The position numbers and the translations under genes are program-made. The notes beneath the pieces are model-generated. The model saw nothing but the letters and a program-made list of their open reading frames with translations, did no database searches and was not told the origin of the DNA. Below are positions 1-12,598 of a stretch of DNA of 64,000 nt, in pieces. The stretch spans positions 248,001 through 312,000 of the forward strand of contig CATNEN010000013.1 in the NCBI GenBank assembly GCA_950097015.1, written 5' to 3'. This DNA is from Macrostomum hystrix. Taxonomy: Eukaryota > Animalia > Platyhelminthes. Positions within the stretch are counted from its first letter, which is position 1; each line of letters opens with the position of its first letter.

Positions 1-342
1 AATCTGCTGTGTCAGCCTGTATAGTGTATACCATCACCCGAAAATAAGTTGAGTAAAACTTACTTCTAGAGTAAGCGCTTTCGTATTGTCGTGAGTCTAC
101 TCGTACTCAAGATAAATATAATCAGAGGTGAGAAGGACAAATTTTCGTGTTCAATCATGTGATTAAGGTAGTCTCAAAATAAACAGAATTAACAGCATGA
201 TTTAATCTATGTTACTCAGATTAACTTGATCTGATTTAGTATAAATCATGATTTCAGATTTCAGACGTAGTCGATTAACTTAACTCATTTGAACACTCAT
301 AAACAGAACTCTTTTTTCTGCTAAAATTTTCGAATTCATAGC

Positions 343-1560
343 GCTTTTGATTGCGTGACCTTGGGGGATGAAATTCAATGCACATTCTCTCGCTTTTGAT
401 TGCGTGACCTTGGGGGATGAAATTCAATGCACATTCTCTCGCATTTGATTGCGTGACCTTGGGGGATGAAATTCAATGCACATTCTCTCGCATTTGATTG
501 CGTGACCTTGGGGGATGAAATTCAATGCACATTCTCTCGCATTTGATTGCGTGACCTTGGGGATGAAATTCAATGCAGATTCTCTCGCATTTGATAGTGT
601 GACCTTGGGGGATGAAATTCAATGCAGATTCTCTCGCATTTGATAGTGTGACCTTGGGGGATGAAATTCAATGCGCTTTCTCGCGTTTGATAGTGTGACC
701 TTGGGGGATGAAATTCAATGCACATTCTCTCGCATTTGATTGCGTGACCTTGGGGGATGAAATTCAATGCACATTCTCTCGCATTTGATTGCGTGACCTT
801 GGGGGATGAAATTCAATGCACATTCTCTCGCATTTGATAGTGTGACCTTGGGGGATGAAATTCAATGCACATTCTCTCGCATTTGATTGCGTGACCTTGG
901 GGGATGAAATTCAATGCACATTCTCTCGCATTTGATTGCGTGACCTTGGGGATGAAATTCAAATCACATTCTCTCGCATTTGATTGTGTGACCTTGGGGG
1001 ATGAAATTCAATGCACATTCTCTCGCATTTGATAGTGTGACCTTGGGGGATGAAATTCAATGCACATTCTCTCGCATTTGATAGTGTGACCTTGGGGGAT
1101 GAAATTCAATGCACATTCTCTCGCATTTGATAGTGTGACCTTGGGGGATGAAATTCAATGCACATTCTCTCGCATTTGATTGTGTGACCTTGGGGGATGA
1201 AATTCAATGCACATTCTCTCGCATTTGATAGTGTGACCTTGGGGGATGAAATTCAATGCACATTCTCTCACATTTGATAGTGTGACCTTGGGGGATGAAA
1301 TTCAATGCACATTCTCTCGCATTTGATAGTGTGACCTTGGGGGATGAAATTCAATGCACATTCTCTCGCATTTGATTGTGTGACCTTGGGGGATGAAATT
1401 AAATGCACATTCTCTCGCATTTGATAGTGTGACCTTGGGGGATGAAATTCAATGCACATTCTCTCACATTTGATAGAGTGACCTTGGGGGATGAAATTCA
1501 ATGCACATTCTCTCGCATTTGATTGCGTGATCTTAGGAAGTGAAATTCAACGCACATTCT
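343..1560. repeat. 49-bp tandem minisatellite (GCATTTGATTGCGTGACCTTGGGGGATGAAATTCAATGCACATTCTCTC), about 24 copies, in the intron preceding the PDE exon
   Basis: Unit read directly. Copies fade into degenerate ones towards the splice acceptor at 1645-1646. Confidence 0.97.
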
Positions 1561-1646
1561 CGACTTCACATTCAAAAACAGGCGAATAAACTTAACGCAC
1601 GCGCTCTTTTCAATTTTGCATTGAAAACAACGCCTTTCGCTCGCAG

Positions 1647-2954
1647 AGAACGAGTTGGCAATCATGTACAACGACATGAGTGTGCTGGAGAACCACCACT
1701 GTGCGGTTGCCTTCAAACTGCTGCAAGATCCCGGCTGCAACATCTTCAGCCAGCTGGACGATGTTGAAAGACGCCAGCTGCGCAAGATGGTCATCGACAT
1801 GGTGCTGGCCACGGACATGAGCAAGCACATGTCCCTGCTGGCCGACCTCAAAACCATGGTGGAGACAAAGAAAGTCGCCGGCGGCTGCCTTCTGAAGCTG
1901 GATAACTACAGTGAGAAGATGCAGATCATGCAGAACATGGTGCACTGCGCCGACCTCAGCAACCCGGCCAAGCCGCTGCCGCTGTCCACCCAGTGGGTCA
2001 CGCGTGTCATGGAGGAGTTCTTCAGCCAGGGCGACCGGGAGAAGGCCCTCGGCCTGCCAGTCAGCCCGATGTGCTGCAGGGAGACGGCTAATGTGGAGAA
2101 GTCCCAGGTGAGAAAAACTAAGCTCGCATGCCGTATAGTGTAAAGTTTTCCTAGGTTTTTCATAGTTCGGATTTCGAGATAAATACGCCTTAATGGATAG
2201 ATGGATGGGAGACTGGAAATGAAGTGGGTTTTGAGCAGATTATCTTCACATGGCGAAACAACAAACTACATTAAAAAATGGTCTGAAAAGAAAAATTGTG
2301 CGAAAATTTTTAAACAAATAAATGTCAGAAAAAATATCCCGTGGGAAATCTATCAAGCTGCGTCCGTCCAGGTGGCAAAGGATTTATACGAATAGTTTTA
2401 GTCTTGTAGCAAATCGTAACTGCAATTCAGGAGGAGCTCACAAGGCGGCTGCCTGGAGCTTGGGTCCCGAGAGTGGGTTGTCGCAATTTTCTGGACAACT
2501 CCCATTTAACACGGGTCGCGTCGAAAAATAAAATCAATTTTTCGTGAGCGCCATTCATATATTATTTGTCGTGACAGGCCACATTGCTTTGGGCAGTGCC
2601 GCCTCTGGGACACTGTTATGTCGGAAGGTGCAGACTGCCTTTGTCAACCTGTTCTAAAGCTGGGTTCAAAATTGACTTATGTAACGCACTCACAATTACC
2701 CGATAGATTAGCTGTCTGAGCCCGTGCTTTATTGTTTTATGTCCTAATTCATTGCGCAGGTCTCATTCATAGACTTCATCGTGCACCCGCTGTGGGAGGC
2801 GTGGACCGAGCTTGTGCACCCGGACGCCGAAGACATTTTGAATACACTGGAGCAGAACAGAGACTACTATTGTGAGCTGTCAGCCGCTAAGGAGGCCGAA
2901 GCCGCCTCCAAAGAGGAAGCGACAGCCGCTGCGGCTCACAAGCCATCGACATAG
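1647..2954 (+). CDS. PDE4: cAMP phosphodiesterase, PDE4/dunce type; last two coding exons (1647-2107, 2760-2954); upstream exons lie outside the window
   Basis: Exons give [49 protein letters not shown] and VEKSQ|[15 protein letters not shown]. These are canonical PDE4 catalytic-domain motifs including the invariant Gln. AG at 1645-46, GT at 2108, AG at 2758-59, TAG at 2952-54. Confidence 0.92.
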
Positions 2955-5900
2955 GCTCTCCGGTAGATGCAGACGGAGGGCCAAGGCTGGGGTGAAGATT
3001 CAAGGAATATCTACAAATCTATGGGCGAAGCGAGCGAGCACGCGTAGGAGAGAATGGAGAAAGGGGAGCAAAGTGACAGAGCAAACACGGCCCGCCATGG
3101 AACCCTTTGTCCCTCCAGCTGCGTGTTTTTTCTTACTTACTTCGCCTCTACCCCCACGCCCCCTCGAGGTCTCCTCCTTAATCCCCTTCTCTGCGGCTGT
3201 CAAATCCCTCTGCATAAGTTCTTGCATCCCCTACTCGGAGGGTTGAGATCGGCGGAAACACGCGGCTACAAAAATGTGAATAAGCGAATGAGCAGGGGCG
3301 GAAAATCAGCTTTGCGCAGTTAGAAGGGAATAAGAGTGGGAGTAACGTTACATTTGCCACTACAATCAGTAGTAATTCTGCTATATACCACTTCGCCTTT
3401 ACCCCGGAGACTCTAGGCATGCGACAGTCAGTTCTCGTGTGCTCTCACCAACTTCCCCTAAGCCTGTTTTTGTGCGTGAACTAGACCCCAATCCCCAGTC
3501 TGCGACTTCATTCATTCATAAATTCATTCATTTCATCAAATCACCCTCCCATTTGCCCTGAATTGTCCATTGTGATTTAGTTCGTTAACTCCCACCCAAT
3601 TTCCCCGTTCCATACTTTATTTCACACTCTGAGTGACATTTTTCTATAGCAAGTGCGTATTGCTTTCAGTCGAGACCCGCTACATTGTTGATGCTCTATT
3701 TAATTTGTTATTTATATTAAACAGTCTCCATTGCGATTGATCCGACACACAAATCAGTTTTTGTTTGTCTGAACTGACCTTTAATATTTTGCAGCTGCTT
3801 CATTTGATTTCTCATTAAACCATGATTTTTGGAGAAAATATTAACACTAAAAACCACGCGTCTTCACAACACAAAATAGCAAATTACAAAATATTTCAGA
3901 CTGATAATTTGCGTCTATACGCTCGTATATAATAGTTTACGAGTTATATATAATGGAGCTTAAAAAATCACGCTTCAAACAATCACCTGATTTGCCTCCC
4001 GGGATTAAGCGATTTAGTTATAGTGTTGTAATTCATGGCTTTGAATTTTTTAGCTTTTCGTCCAACTCGAAACAGCTATAGCCCACCAATAGGGATTCTC
4101 GTACAAACTGCCCAGATTCTTGCAAGTTTTCCCGCAGCTTTTTGTTTTAACAAAAAACTTTTATTTTCTGTTCTTCGCTTTTCTCAAACTATTATAAATA
4201 CATTTGTTTATAAGTATGCCAAGATGCACTACATATTTATATATAGTAGAGTTACAGGACATCTGATAAAACGTCGACGAGATATACTTTTGAGACCATG
4301 AAACTGCAGATGTCACCCTAAACGTCTCCTGCAGGCGCATCGCATTGTTTGTCTAATCATTTTTACATTGATTTGAAATTTAAATGATTTTAGTAGGTGT
4401 GGACAGCTACTTATGACAGCTAAAGGCATAAATATAAATAAGTAATTAGGCACTGAATTGCCACATGCAGTACGCATGCACATACTAAATTTGCTAATAT
4501 TAGTTTACGATGGACACCGTAAATAGGACAGGGGGAGGTGAGAGGGGGGAATGCCACACAGAAAACGTCTATTGATCGTTTAAAATCATATAAATATCAT
4601 TAATTTCCGGGCGTCGGATAGAAAGGTTTCGCATGTCCTAATTCATACTCTAGCCTGTCAACACAGCAGCGACCTGATCCTGATCGATATCGCCTTATTA
4701 TCGATTTCTAAAAAGCTCTTTGGCTCCGTGCTCAGCTAGCCAGTACAGTGCTGAGCCAGCGCTTATCGATCAGCACATTTCTTCTATATTCCACTTTTTT
4801 AGAATAACTAGGGTATGAGCCAGGAAGCCAAGAGCCAAGAAGTATTTAGGGTATGAGCCAGCTAGCATTTGTTCAAAATAATAGCCAAACCCGTCGTGTG
4901 CCCAATGACCACTAGTAGCACTTAGTGAGCACTTTTATATATAGTCTATAAGTCTAAGAATTAGCCTTTAAGTAAAGATTTCGTTAATCCAAAATGCGTC
5001 GGAAGAGGAAAAAGTGTTTATAACTTTCGAATTAGAAACGAACAAAAATGTAATATCTGTGCAAACATTTGTTGTTTAGATTGCAGCATCAGCCTGTGTT
5101 CCAACTCAAGTGCTTCAATTAATTATATTTGGGTGAATATGTGAGCAATATCCTCCAATGAGCCACAGCCCATTCCACTTAGTACGTAAGTTGGTAACAC
5201 CAGCAGTAAAAACCACCCACTGTGCGACCTTTTTGCAAGCATATTGCTTTCCTTCCTTGATTCCTTTTCGGAAATACCGAATAATTGGCAAAGACTCGAT
5301 CATCGAAATCAATTATGTCCTTTGGCTAATACAGGGATCCTACTAAGAACACTGGATTTTAAGGTGTTTTAGGATCCGTGGGCAAATATAAAACTTCAGC
5401 AAAACTTGGTAGTTGTTGTGTATATTGTGCTCGACGTGAATGCACTTAATATGAATAGTCCATGTCTATGGTAATATCTTTTTACCCTAAAGAGCTGCGA
5501 CAACAGTTAGAGCTAAGAATCTATAAGTCGCAGACGCGAGGCAAATATAAAATCAGCACTAGTATAAACCACAGATAATAAAACACTATATGGGTTAAAG
5601 TATCTGTTGCATAAACCAAAGCCTGTTCGACTTTTATGTCAAATGAGATTTTAGTAGCTGGAGAACAAGAAACAGAATACATAACTGTAGTTGTAGACAC
5701 TACGGCTTTACGGTCCATTTTACTCGTTAAGAAGTCACAAGTTAAATTTGTAGGGGGAAATCACTTACACGCAAAACGCAACTAAGTCTTAAAATCCAAA
5801 ATTTATTACTTTTATAAAGGACCTCATAGGTGAAAACAGTTATAGTTGTGTTCTTCGTTATTACAATTTTTTGAAATAATGATTTGAAATTTGAAATCAC

Positions 5901-6539
5901 GCGCGCAGTTGCTGATCTAATAATGGTTCTATTTTCTTTCACTAACAAGTAACTATTAATATAATTGTTGCTGAAGATTGTATGGACTAGTGAATGACCA
6001 TGTTAACTTTAAATAAAATTAATCTAGATAATTTAAGATATATTCAATTGTATGTATGATTGTTGTCGAAACTCGCAACTGTATAAAAATTAGCAAAAAA
6101 ATTATAGTCATGAAAGTTACCGACTATTCTTTATAAAAAAATCTTTGCAACATAGCTTTTTGCAGAAATTTCAAGAATTTTATACAGGTTCTATTTTATA
6201 TCTAAGGAAAGTTAAAAACTTCAAGATACCATAGAATGAATGTATTATACTATATACTATAGTTGTTCTGAATCATAATTCTAACCATTATCTGTGGGGT
6301 GCATCCATTTTTTATTTTAGTTTTATTGGTTTTTATAAAAACCAATAAATTGGTTAATATGGTTTTATTAAAACCATATTCATCATCTTGTCTGACAACA
6401 AAATGATAAACACATTCCTCCCTAAAATGTTTTTGGTTTTATATGCATGGGAGGCCTTAACTTAATTTGGAACTATATTATTTGATCAACTAATTTTGAC
6501 TTGAAAAATATTTCAATAATACATGTCAATGCAATCTTT

Positions 6540-7699
6540 TGGTTTCCCGCTCTAAATAATTAGACAGGATAGTAGTGGGTGATCCATTAGGCCTATAGGA
6601 TGTTGCCAAAGTGACATTTAAGGAAAACTCGACACCACATGAACTCCTGCAGGTAGTTCTCCTCCATTTAATTGAACAATACCTCTTGCACTTGCACTGC
6701 TTGCAAGACCGTGCAGCGGTAGCAATTGATGGAGTCCTTGCCAAGATGTTGCTAAAGTGACATAGCAATGTCACAGGTCTTGCAATTCCTGCTATTGGCG
6801 AGCAGGTGGATGCTAGGCCCCCTATATTAACGTTAACTTTTTCTAAGAAGCAACTGTAAATTTTATAATTAAAGTAAAGGCTGCAAGCTTAATCTTACTT
6901 TATGCAAGCTTTTTACTTTATGCAGCTGACTTTTATAATTTGATGGCATGCCCTGAACTTTCGGTAAAATGTGTCCATGCTAATCAGAAGAATAGGCCTC
7001 TGCTTCTTGCGTTCCATGTAAGAATCTCTGCAATCTATCGTTTCAGCTTTTCCTGCAGTTTCACGCAAGTGTTCATCTTCCAAAAGGAATTTTCTGATGG
7101 CATTTCTTGTTAATGGCACTCTCCTTTGTGCCTTCGGCTTTAGCACCTTTGGTGTGCACTTCAGTATGTTCATAACTCCGTGAATATGTTTTGTATTGCT
7201 CACACTATTGCACATCTGCCTGATGAGATGCTGCATGTGTGGCTTCCACTTCTCAGCAACAAGCGACGCCACCACATGATCGACCATTGCGGCATGGGTC
7301 TCATTACCTGCTGCAGTTGAGCTTGGAGAATTTTGCATAAGGCTTTTTCTTTTATCAATCTGCTTCAGGCGTCAAATCTCCCTCTTTTTGCGGCTTCCAG
7401 TTGCGCCTCCAGCGCAGCCACATTTTTGTTCTTCTTTGCCTCTCTTTTCCTCACTGCTACAGCCCATTGAGAATGAGCCACAACCACTTGTGCCTTGGTC
7501 ACAGTCCTCGCTGCCGAACGCTGCATTTGCTTCCTCCTGTTCACCCTTTTCTGCTTGCCTTCCGTACCTGCCTAAACCGGTAATAGGATTGCATACTTTT
7601 CCTTCGTTTATATTCCTTCCAACCATCTAGATCTTCTGTTCTCTTCCTATGTGTATAAATTTGATTCTTAATCCTTTTCTTCTCCTTTTTCAATGGCAT
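6540..7699 (-). pseudogene. Degenerate N-terminal half of a DNA-transposon transposase (same broad family as the 7899-11640 fragment; Sola-like, tentative)
   Basis: ATG at 7699 starts basic MPLKKEKKRIKN...KEYKRRK. Frameshifted segments give AIRKFLLEDEHLRETAGKAETI...KKQRPILLISMDTFYRKF...KVS and Cys-rich pieces, matching my recollection of the N-terminal region of this transposase group. Several stops and frameshifts. Confidence 0.5.
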
Positions 7700-8716
7700 G
7701 CTGCAATTCTGGAGAGGATTTGGAATTTAGGAAGTTACATATTCATTTTGGTTGCAACACAAAAATTGTGTGACTATGCACTGTACTCATGGATAGTGGA
7801 AAAATCCCTCTTAGTAGTTCTTCTGTTAGTTCTTCTGTTAGTTCTACTGGTAGTTCTGGTAGTTCTACTGTTAAATGGTATAAAAAATAATCCAGACTTT
7901 ATAGCTCATGATCATCTTTAATTCCTGCTATAGTAGCATTGTAACAACAAGAACAGTTGCAAAAAAAGTTGTTGGGCGGGTTTTGGCAGGTTCTTTTGAA
8001 TATGAAACCCTCTGCATTGCTAAGCAGCCATTGCTTGCAGCCATCACATTGTATCCACTGGAATTTTCTTCCTGTTGGTTTAATGCAGTTTTTGAATGCA
8101 CAAGGCCAACTAACCAACCAAGCTCAACCAATGAGATGGGCTTTTTGGATGTTGTCAAAGGAGTTAAATTTTTAACCTTCTTAAAACCAATTTTTAACAG
8201 CTGCAATCTGCAATAGCAGTGGTACACAAACAGGACAGATGCCTATAAAGGATTCCAGCATCTATTCTGCAAACCTCATGTGTTTTCTTAACGCCAGGCA
8301 TGTTCAAGATCTTTTTAGACTCAAGCTGCATGGCATAAATGATGATCTCTGCACTTGTAACAATGAGCAGTTGCATCTTTAGCTTCTCACCTGAGTTAGC
8401 CACCTTGATAACTGCCTCCAGTGAATCAATGTCACTTTCAGCTGCAACAATATCCTCACATTGCCACTTCAATGCTGCGCCGACACCATCAGTGGCACTT
8501 TAACCATGAGTGGCTTTGGAGAAAATCCAATTCCACTAGTGTATCCAATCCCATGCTTACTTAAAAAACTGTTTACTTGAAACATACACTCGTAGTACCC
8601 TTCTTGTAGTACTGTCTTGTTACTGAAAAGATATTGCCTTGTCAAGATAAGCAGCAACAGCACCCAAAGTCTTCCTGATGTCTGTTGAGAGCAACACAAA
8701 TGCCTGCAGTTCCTTG

Positions 8717-9786
8717 TGTTGTACCAGTCATCCTGCTAACAATGCGGGATCCGGCGAACTCCAATATGAAGTCCAAGATTTCTAGGTAGTGTAGTAGTAG
8801 CGCTGCCACCAGGGCGTCAGGACTTCTGCCTTCTGTGAGGTGAAGGATCCTTGGCCCGAAAAAGAAGAAGTCACGAAGTCTCGAGAAGCATACAGTGCAG
8901 AGTTTCAGTTGCAATTACAGGCTGTCAGTGTCCTGCGTAGCTCGGATGGTGGGGTGGAAGGCTAAGTTAGTTTCGGGACTTAGCCAGAACTGAGCTTACG
9001 AGCAGTCACATGCAGAGACTGAAGTAGGAAACTTAGACACGCGATGGCACTGACAATAAAGACTGAAATAAGTCAGAGAAAACGTTAATGACAGACAGTG
9101 GAAGGGTTGAGGGCCAGAAGAGTGGGGAGCTTTCTTTTATAGGCAGGGGCCTCCCATAGGGTCAGTGCAGAGTTAGAAAACACGTGATTGAATCACGTGG
9201 TTTTTAAAAATAGCAACTGATGTCAGTGGCGTTAATGACAGACAGTGGAAGGGTTGAGGGCCAGAAGAGCGGGGAGCTTTCTTTTATAGGCAGGGGCCTC
9301 CCATAGGGTCAGTGCAGAGTTAGAAAACACGTGATTGAATCACGTGGTTTCTAAAAATAGCAACTGACGTCAGTGGCGCCAGAAACGTCACTCCTACGTA
9401 GGTTCCTGTCCCATAATCAAAGCCCCAAGTGCAGTAAACATGTTTACTTGCACTTTAAAAGACAAAGAGAGAGGCCAGTCACATGAGGAGAATCACGCGC
9501 TGACTGAGTGCAGACAACCACACACAAAGAAAAGGACAAGGGACAACAAAGCCAGCGCGGGACAAAGAGGTGATGACTCATCCCTGGGGGGAAGAGACAG
9601 CACACTCAAAGTACAGGCGCGGCCGGGGAAGGGAAGGGCAGAGAGGGACAGACCAGACCACGCCAGAGAGGGCGGGCCAGGCAGTCACTCAATGCTAGCA
9701 AAAAGGGGGCACCTAAGCTACCTTGCAGGTGGGGCTACTGACAGCTAGTGAGACACCAATAGGCCCCTAAGCAGTGGCTCACTACA
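8717..9786. mobile_element. Solo LTR (1070 bp, Gypsy-like) with an internal ~148-bp tandem duplication
   Basis: Termini TGTTGT...ACTACA. 4-bp TSD CTTG at 8713-8716 and 9787-9790. Duplicated block ~9083-9230 / 9231-9378 contains TATAAAAG (minus strand) and CACGTG pairs. No coding remnant. Confidence 0.8.
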
Positions 9787-10292
9787 CTTGTCAGATGGGT
9801 AGGCAATGTTTTGGTGGATTATGATGTCTAAATTTTCTCTATAGTAAGCCAATTAAACATTGGTGTGTGTCTTAGAGGCATAATTTTCGGAAAAAACACA
9901 TTTAGCACAATATGTCCAGGCTGCAATGTCAATCTTACATGACAAATGGCTTGACATTGATAACAGAAATGCCTGAAATAGGGTCCATGTTGTGTTCTTA
10001 GCTTCTTTGCAAGAATTGGAAGACACAAAGGCCCGTATGCAGAAAGCTCAGTCTATGGTAGTCCGGTCTAGAAAAACTAGTCCAGACTAGGACTTGGTAT
10101 GCAGAAACATGAAGCCAGTCGAGTCTACCATAGACAGAACTAGGGTAGCTCAGTCCTAGCTAGTCGCATCTTATTTTTGATATGCATAAAAGTTACAACT
10201 AGCTAGTCCGGTCTAGAAAAAAACCTAGACTACTCTGGTGCAGTCTAGGATACTGGCTTTTTCATTGCCCAAGACAGCCAAGATTTACAGAA

Positions 10293-10710
10293 ATGAATAT
10301 TTTATTAGCTGTTGATTTAGTTCAACAAGACCTCCGTTGGCAGTGCATTTTTCGTGATCGGTTGGAACCACTTCAACAATTCTCAGAGGTTGAGATCAAA
10401 AGACTGTTTCGGTTTGAACCGCGGTCACTAGTTGCACTGGTGGAACTAGTCAGACAGATCTTGAAAGAGCAACCCAGTGAAACAAGAGTCTCACTCCCAT
10501 GCTGCAACTGTGCTTGACACTGTCTTATCTTGGCACTGGCAGCTTTCAGCAGAACTTGTCTGCTCTTGGAGGTATTGATCAGAGCACGATGTCCCGCTGC
10601 TACTGGAAAGTGGTAAGAGCAATTAATGTCCAATTGGATAATATCCACTATCCAGAGCCAGGTGTTGAGCGGACACGCATTTCAACAGGGTTTCGCCAAA
10701 TTTGCCGATA
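10293..10710 (+). pseudogene. HARBI1-like Harbinger nuclease, 5' part only
   Basis: FRFEPRSLVALVELV...(frameshift)LQLCLTLSYLGTGSFQQNLSALGGIDQSTMSRCYWKVVRAI matches the Harbinger HTH region. Truncated before the catalytic DDE. Confidence 0.8.
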
Positions 10711-11203
10711 TACTCCGAACCCGATGAACGTCGAGATGGTTCTTCGAGTAAGATGTTGTCCGACTGTAGATTGTTCAAGCTTGTCTGTGGCATTGATTGA
10801 TGCCGTCGATCTGCTGATGCCCCAGTCAGTGACGATGGCCTCAAATTGTTCTTCTCCGTCAGCCCGACGCTCAATCCAGATGAAAGTGGCGTCAGTTGTG
10901 GGTTGTCTTCACCAATTATTGCCAGTGCCTTCAAATCATTCGATGACATTTTTGGAGGCGGTCCACCTCCAGTCTTCTTGGCACTTTTCTCCTTGATTCG
11001 CTGAACAATGTTCTTCCATTGTTTTTTCACCTTATCAACAGAGTAACTAGTATTGCACTGCTCGTTGACTCGCGATGTAACATCTTCCCATGCATTTGCT
11101 CGTCGTTTTTAACAGGCAGACTTTGACCCTTCGAAAAAATTGCGGTCAAATGCCCTTGGAGGGCATCAAGAAGAATGTTTTCGTAATTGTTTGCTGGCGA
11201 CAT
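10623..11203 (-). pseudogene. Harbinger Myb/SANT-like DNA-binding protein
   Basis: MSPANNYENILLDAL...(frameshift, stop)KRRANAWEDVTSRVN...SVDKVKKQWKNIVQRIKEKSAKKTGGGPPP is a Myb/SANT trihelix followed by the typical TGGGP motif. Confidence 0.8.
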
Positions 11204-12598
11204 TCCAGACGTATGCAAGGCAGATAGAAATATGAATACGATGGCCAATAAAGTAATAAGCCAGCTAGGCGCTTGAATGTGCCCCGTCTTTCCCCACCCA
11301 TAGAAGGACCATAGACAACGTGGAATCCATTGAGGATTTGGTGCTTAAGTTTGGCGCTCGGTCTAGCCCAGACTGGTCTAGCCCAGACTGGTCTAGCCTA
11401 GACTCATCATGGTAGTCATGACTAGCTTTTATGCATACCGATTTCAAGACCATAGACCAAACTACCCAGTCCAGACTAGCTAGACTGGGCTAGGCTTTCT
11501 GCATATGGGCCAAACTATGTTAAGTTGTCACAAACTCTTTAGGAGCATTCCGCTCTTTCTGTGGCTAAGTATATTTTGCCAATAACAATTGCTGGTTTTT
11601 AAGACTTCTATGCCTGTATCCTTTGTGGCTTAAAAGTCAGTGTCTATGGGAAATCTTATACAAAAACAAAAAAGTACACATGTGTCTTTTGATTATGATT
11701 ATATTTTGATTATATTCAGCATGGCACAACTATCCATATCTGCATAGTTCTATAAGCAGCTTTTCCATTGTAATCCAAGGTCTCAGAAAAAGACCTGTTG
11801 TTACTGTTTCTCTGGCAGACTTTCTGAACCAGCACTTCTCCTTGGAGATTCCACACTCTGGTCTCCAAAATCAGGTTTTTGCTACACTAGATTTGGTTTG
11901 CTCTCAGACATTCTCTATGCAGCCTACAAAGCTGGCTTTCTCTGTCTCTCCAGTATTGTGTGATGTCTTGTCTTGTCTTCTTGACACTTTGCTTATAGCA
12001 TATGCTCTTTTGCTTTGTTTTGCTCTTTTTGCCATAAAGCCAGAATCATCCACCACTTTCCATGCCAGGAGACCACACAAGTTAATCTACAATCATGAAA
12101 AACTAAAATTTTGAGTTCTCTAAGATCAGAATTGAAGTTAGTCTAGAGAAAAGCAAAAATATTTCTTTCCAACTATAAAACTGCTTAATTATTCATTGAA
12201 AGTCAAAAGTTCTTAAGGTCAAAAATTAGATCAGATATATTAGTCTACTTGTTAAAAGGTTGTTTTTTATGTAAATTAAACAATTCAATTCATTTTATGA
12301 ATGTTTTTTTAACATTTTTAATACAAATGTTAATATAAAGCATCTTAACTAAGTAAATTGAAGAGGACAAATATTTTTTTTATATTCAATAAATTTAATA
12401 TAGCCATGCTTAGATACTCAGTTGGACACAAAGTAGTTGATTGGTACTTGCATATTTTATGACTAGATTTCCTCATTATATTTATACTATTTTTGCACAA
12501 AAACTCTAGAAGTATTGTATGTTTTGTAAAAAATAGTAGAAGTGTCATCATTCAATTGTTCTCTACCATATTTATTTTCAATTGTTTTCTTTAAAAAG

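Larger units (their letters stand above)
10030..11511. mobile_element. PIF/Harbinger DNA transposon, internally deleted and non-autonomous
   Basis: 18-bp TIRs GGCCCGTATGCAGAAAGC / GCTTTCTGCATATGGGCC (1 mismatch). 3-bp TSD AAA at 10027-29 and 11512-14. Repeated subterminal CTAGACTGG-like motifs. Carries both Harbinger genes convergently. Confidence 0.92.
7899..11640 (-). pseudogene. Decayed DDE/DDD transposase with C-terminal PHD finger (Sola-like, family tentative), split by a solo LTR and a Harbinger insertion
   Basis: Motifs in order: YFRHFCYQ...LNV(x)FSENY...IIIHQNIAYPSD|KELQAFVLLSTD...WIFSKATHG*SATDGVGAALK...WIQCDGCKQWL...FFCNC. Removing the LTR and one TSD restores YPSDKELQAF in frame. 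In-frame TAA at 8500-8502 and frameshifts. Confidence 0.7.

Noticed and set aside
5115-5948. Short minus-strand ORFs of 65-68 aa
   Set aside because: AT-rich, with no recognisable motif or splice pattern. Not supportable without a database search.
8801-8811. PBS-like TGGTGGCAGCG taken as the start of a retrotransposon internal region
   Set aside because: The TSD-defined boundaries (8717-9786) place it inside the LTR, and no gag/pol follows.
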